A model generated the notes under the pieces. The model made no database searches. It was not told the origin of the DNA and saw only the letters and a program-made list of their open reading frames with translations. From the sequence record SRR31156797_5393: a stretch of DNA of 41,894 nucleotides. One strand, 5' to 3'. Positions 41,759 through 41,894 of this stretch are shown one piece after another; the stretch's first letter is position 1; every line of letters begins with the position of its first letter. The position numbers and the translations under genes were made by a program.

Positions 41759-41782
41759 AAGAGGGCTAAAAGCCCTCTTTTT
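41759..41782 (+). terminator. Terminator after fre
   Basis: AAGAGGGCT-aaa-AGCCCTCTTTTT. Confidence 0.85.
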
Positions 41783-41814
41783 GTTATTTTTGCTGCTTTA
41801 TTAAACGAACGCGT

Positions 41815-41894
41815 TATTTTTTTAAGTTTTTTTGAAAAACCACTTGCGCTGTTCTAATTCCTCCCTATAATGCCGCCTCACTGACACGGCAGAC
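41815..41894 (+). promoter_or_regulatory. rRNA operon P1-type promoter (RNA gene beyond the window edge)
   Basis: A/T-tract UP element, -35 TTGCGC (41844-41849), 16-bp spacer ending CTCCC, -10 TATAAT (41866-41871), discriminator GCCGCCTC, then ACTGACACGG as in rrn leaders. Confidence 0.88.

Noticed and set aside
1-41894. CRISPR array, tRNA/rRNA genes, prophage or IS elements
   Set aside because: No regularly spaced repeats, cloverleafs, transposases or phage genes seen; only an rrn-type promoter at the right edge.

Overview
A Vibrio-type chromosome I segment, mostly core genes in the order known from V. cholerae: rjg-like beta-CASP hydrolase, UDG, 2-hydroxyacid dehydrogenase, yjaG, CNNM/CBS protein, hupA, yjaH, purD-purH, [variable slot], fis-dusB-prmA, accC-accB-aroQ, acs, DEDDh exonuclease, DUF294 nucleotidyltransferase, MFS, crbS, gppA-rhlB-trxA-rho, ubiD-ferredoxin-fre, ending at an rRNA P1-type promoter. 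The accessory slot between purH and fis (~10.1-17.1 kb) holds two things. The first is a PTS remnant in which an HPr-like gene is fused out of frame to the 3' end of a ROK sugar kinase. The second is an intact, apparently uncharacterised module: a MocR regulator divergent from a cytoplasmic binding-protein-fold (4,5-dihydroxyphthalate decarboxylase-like) protein, a Nit1/YbeM amidase and a polar amino acid ABC transporter, with phased TGTACAA candidate operators. Other points of interest are an ERIC element plus a second ~97-bp palindrome between purH and purD, a structured purH leader, an orphan beta-barrel-like gene, a candidate nucleotidyl writer/eraser pair beside acs/crbS, and a duplicated UbiD C-terminal domain. 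I saw no CRISPR array, tRNA, integrase or transposase. All family assignments come from motif recognition by eye, not database searches.
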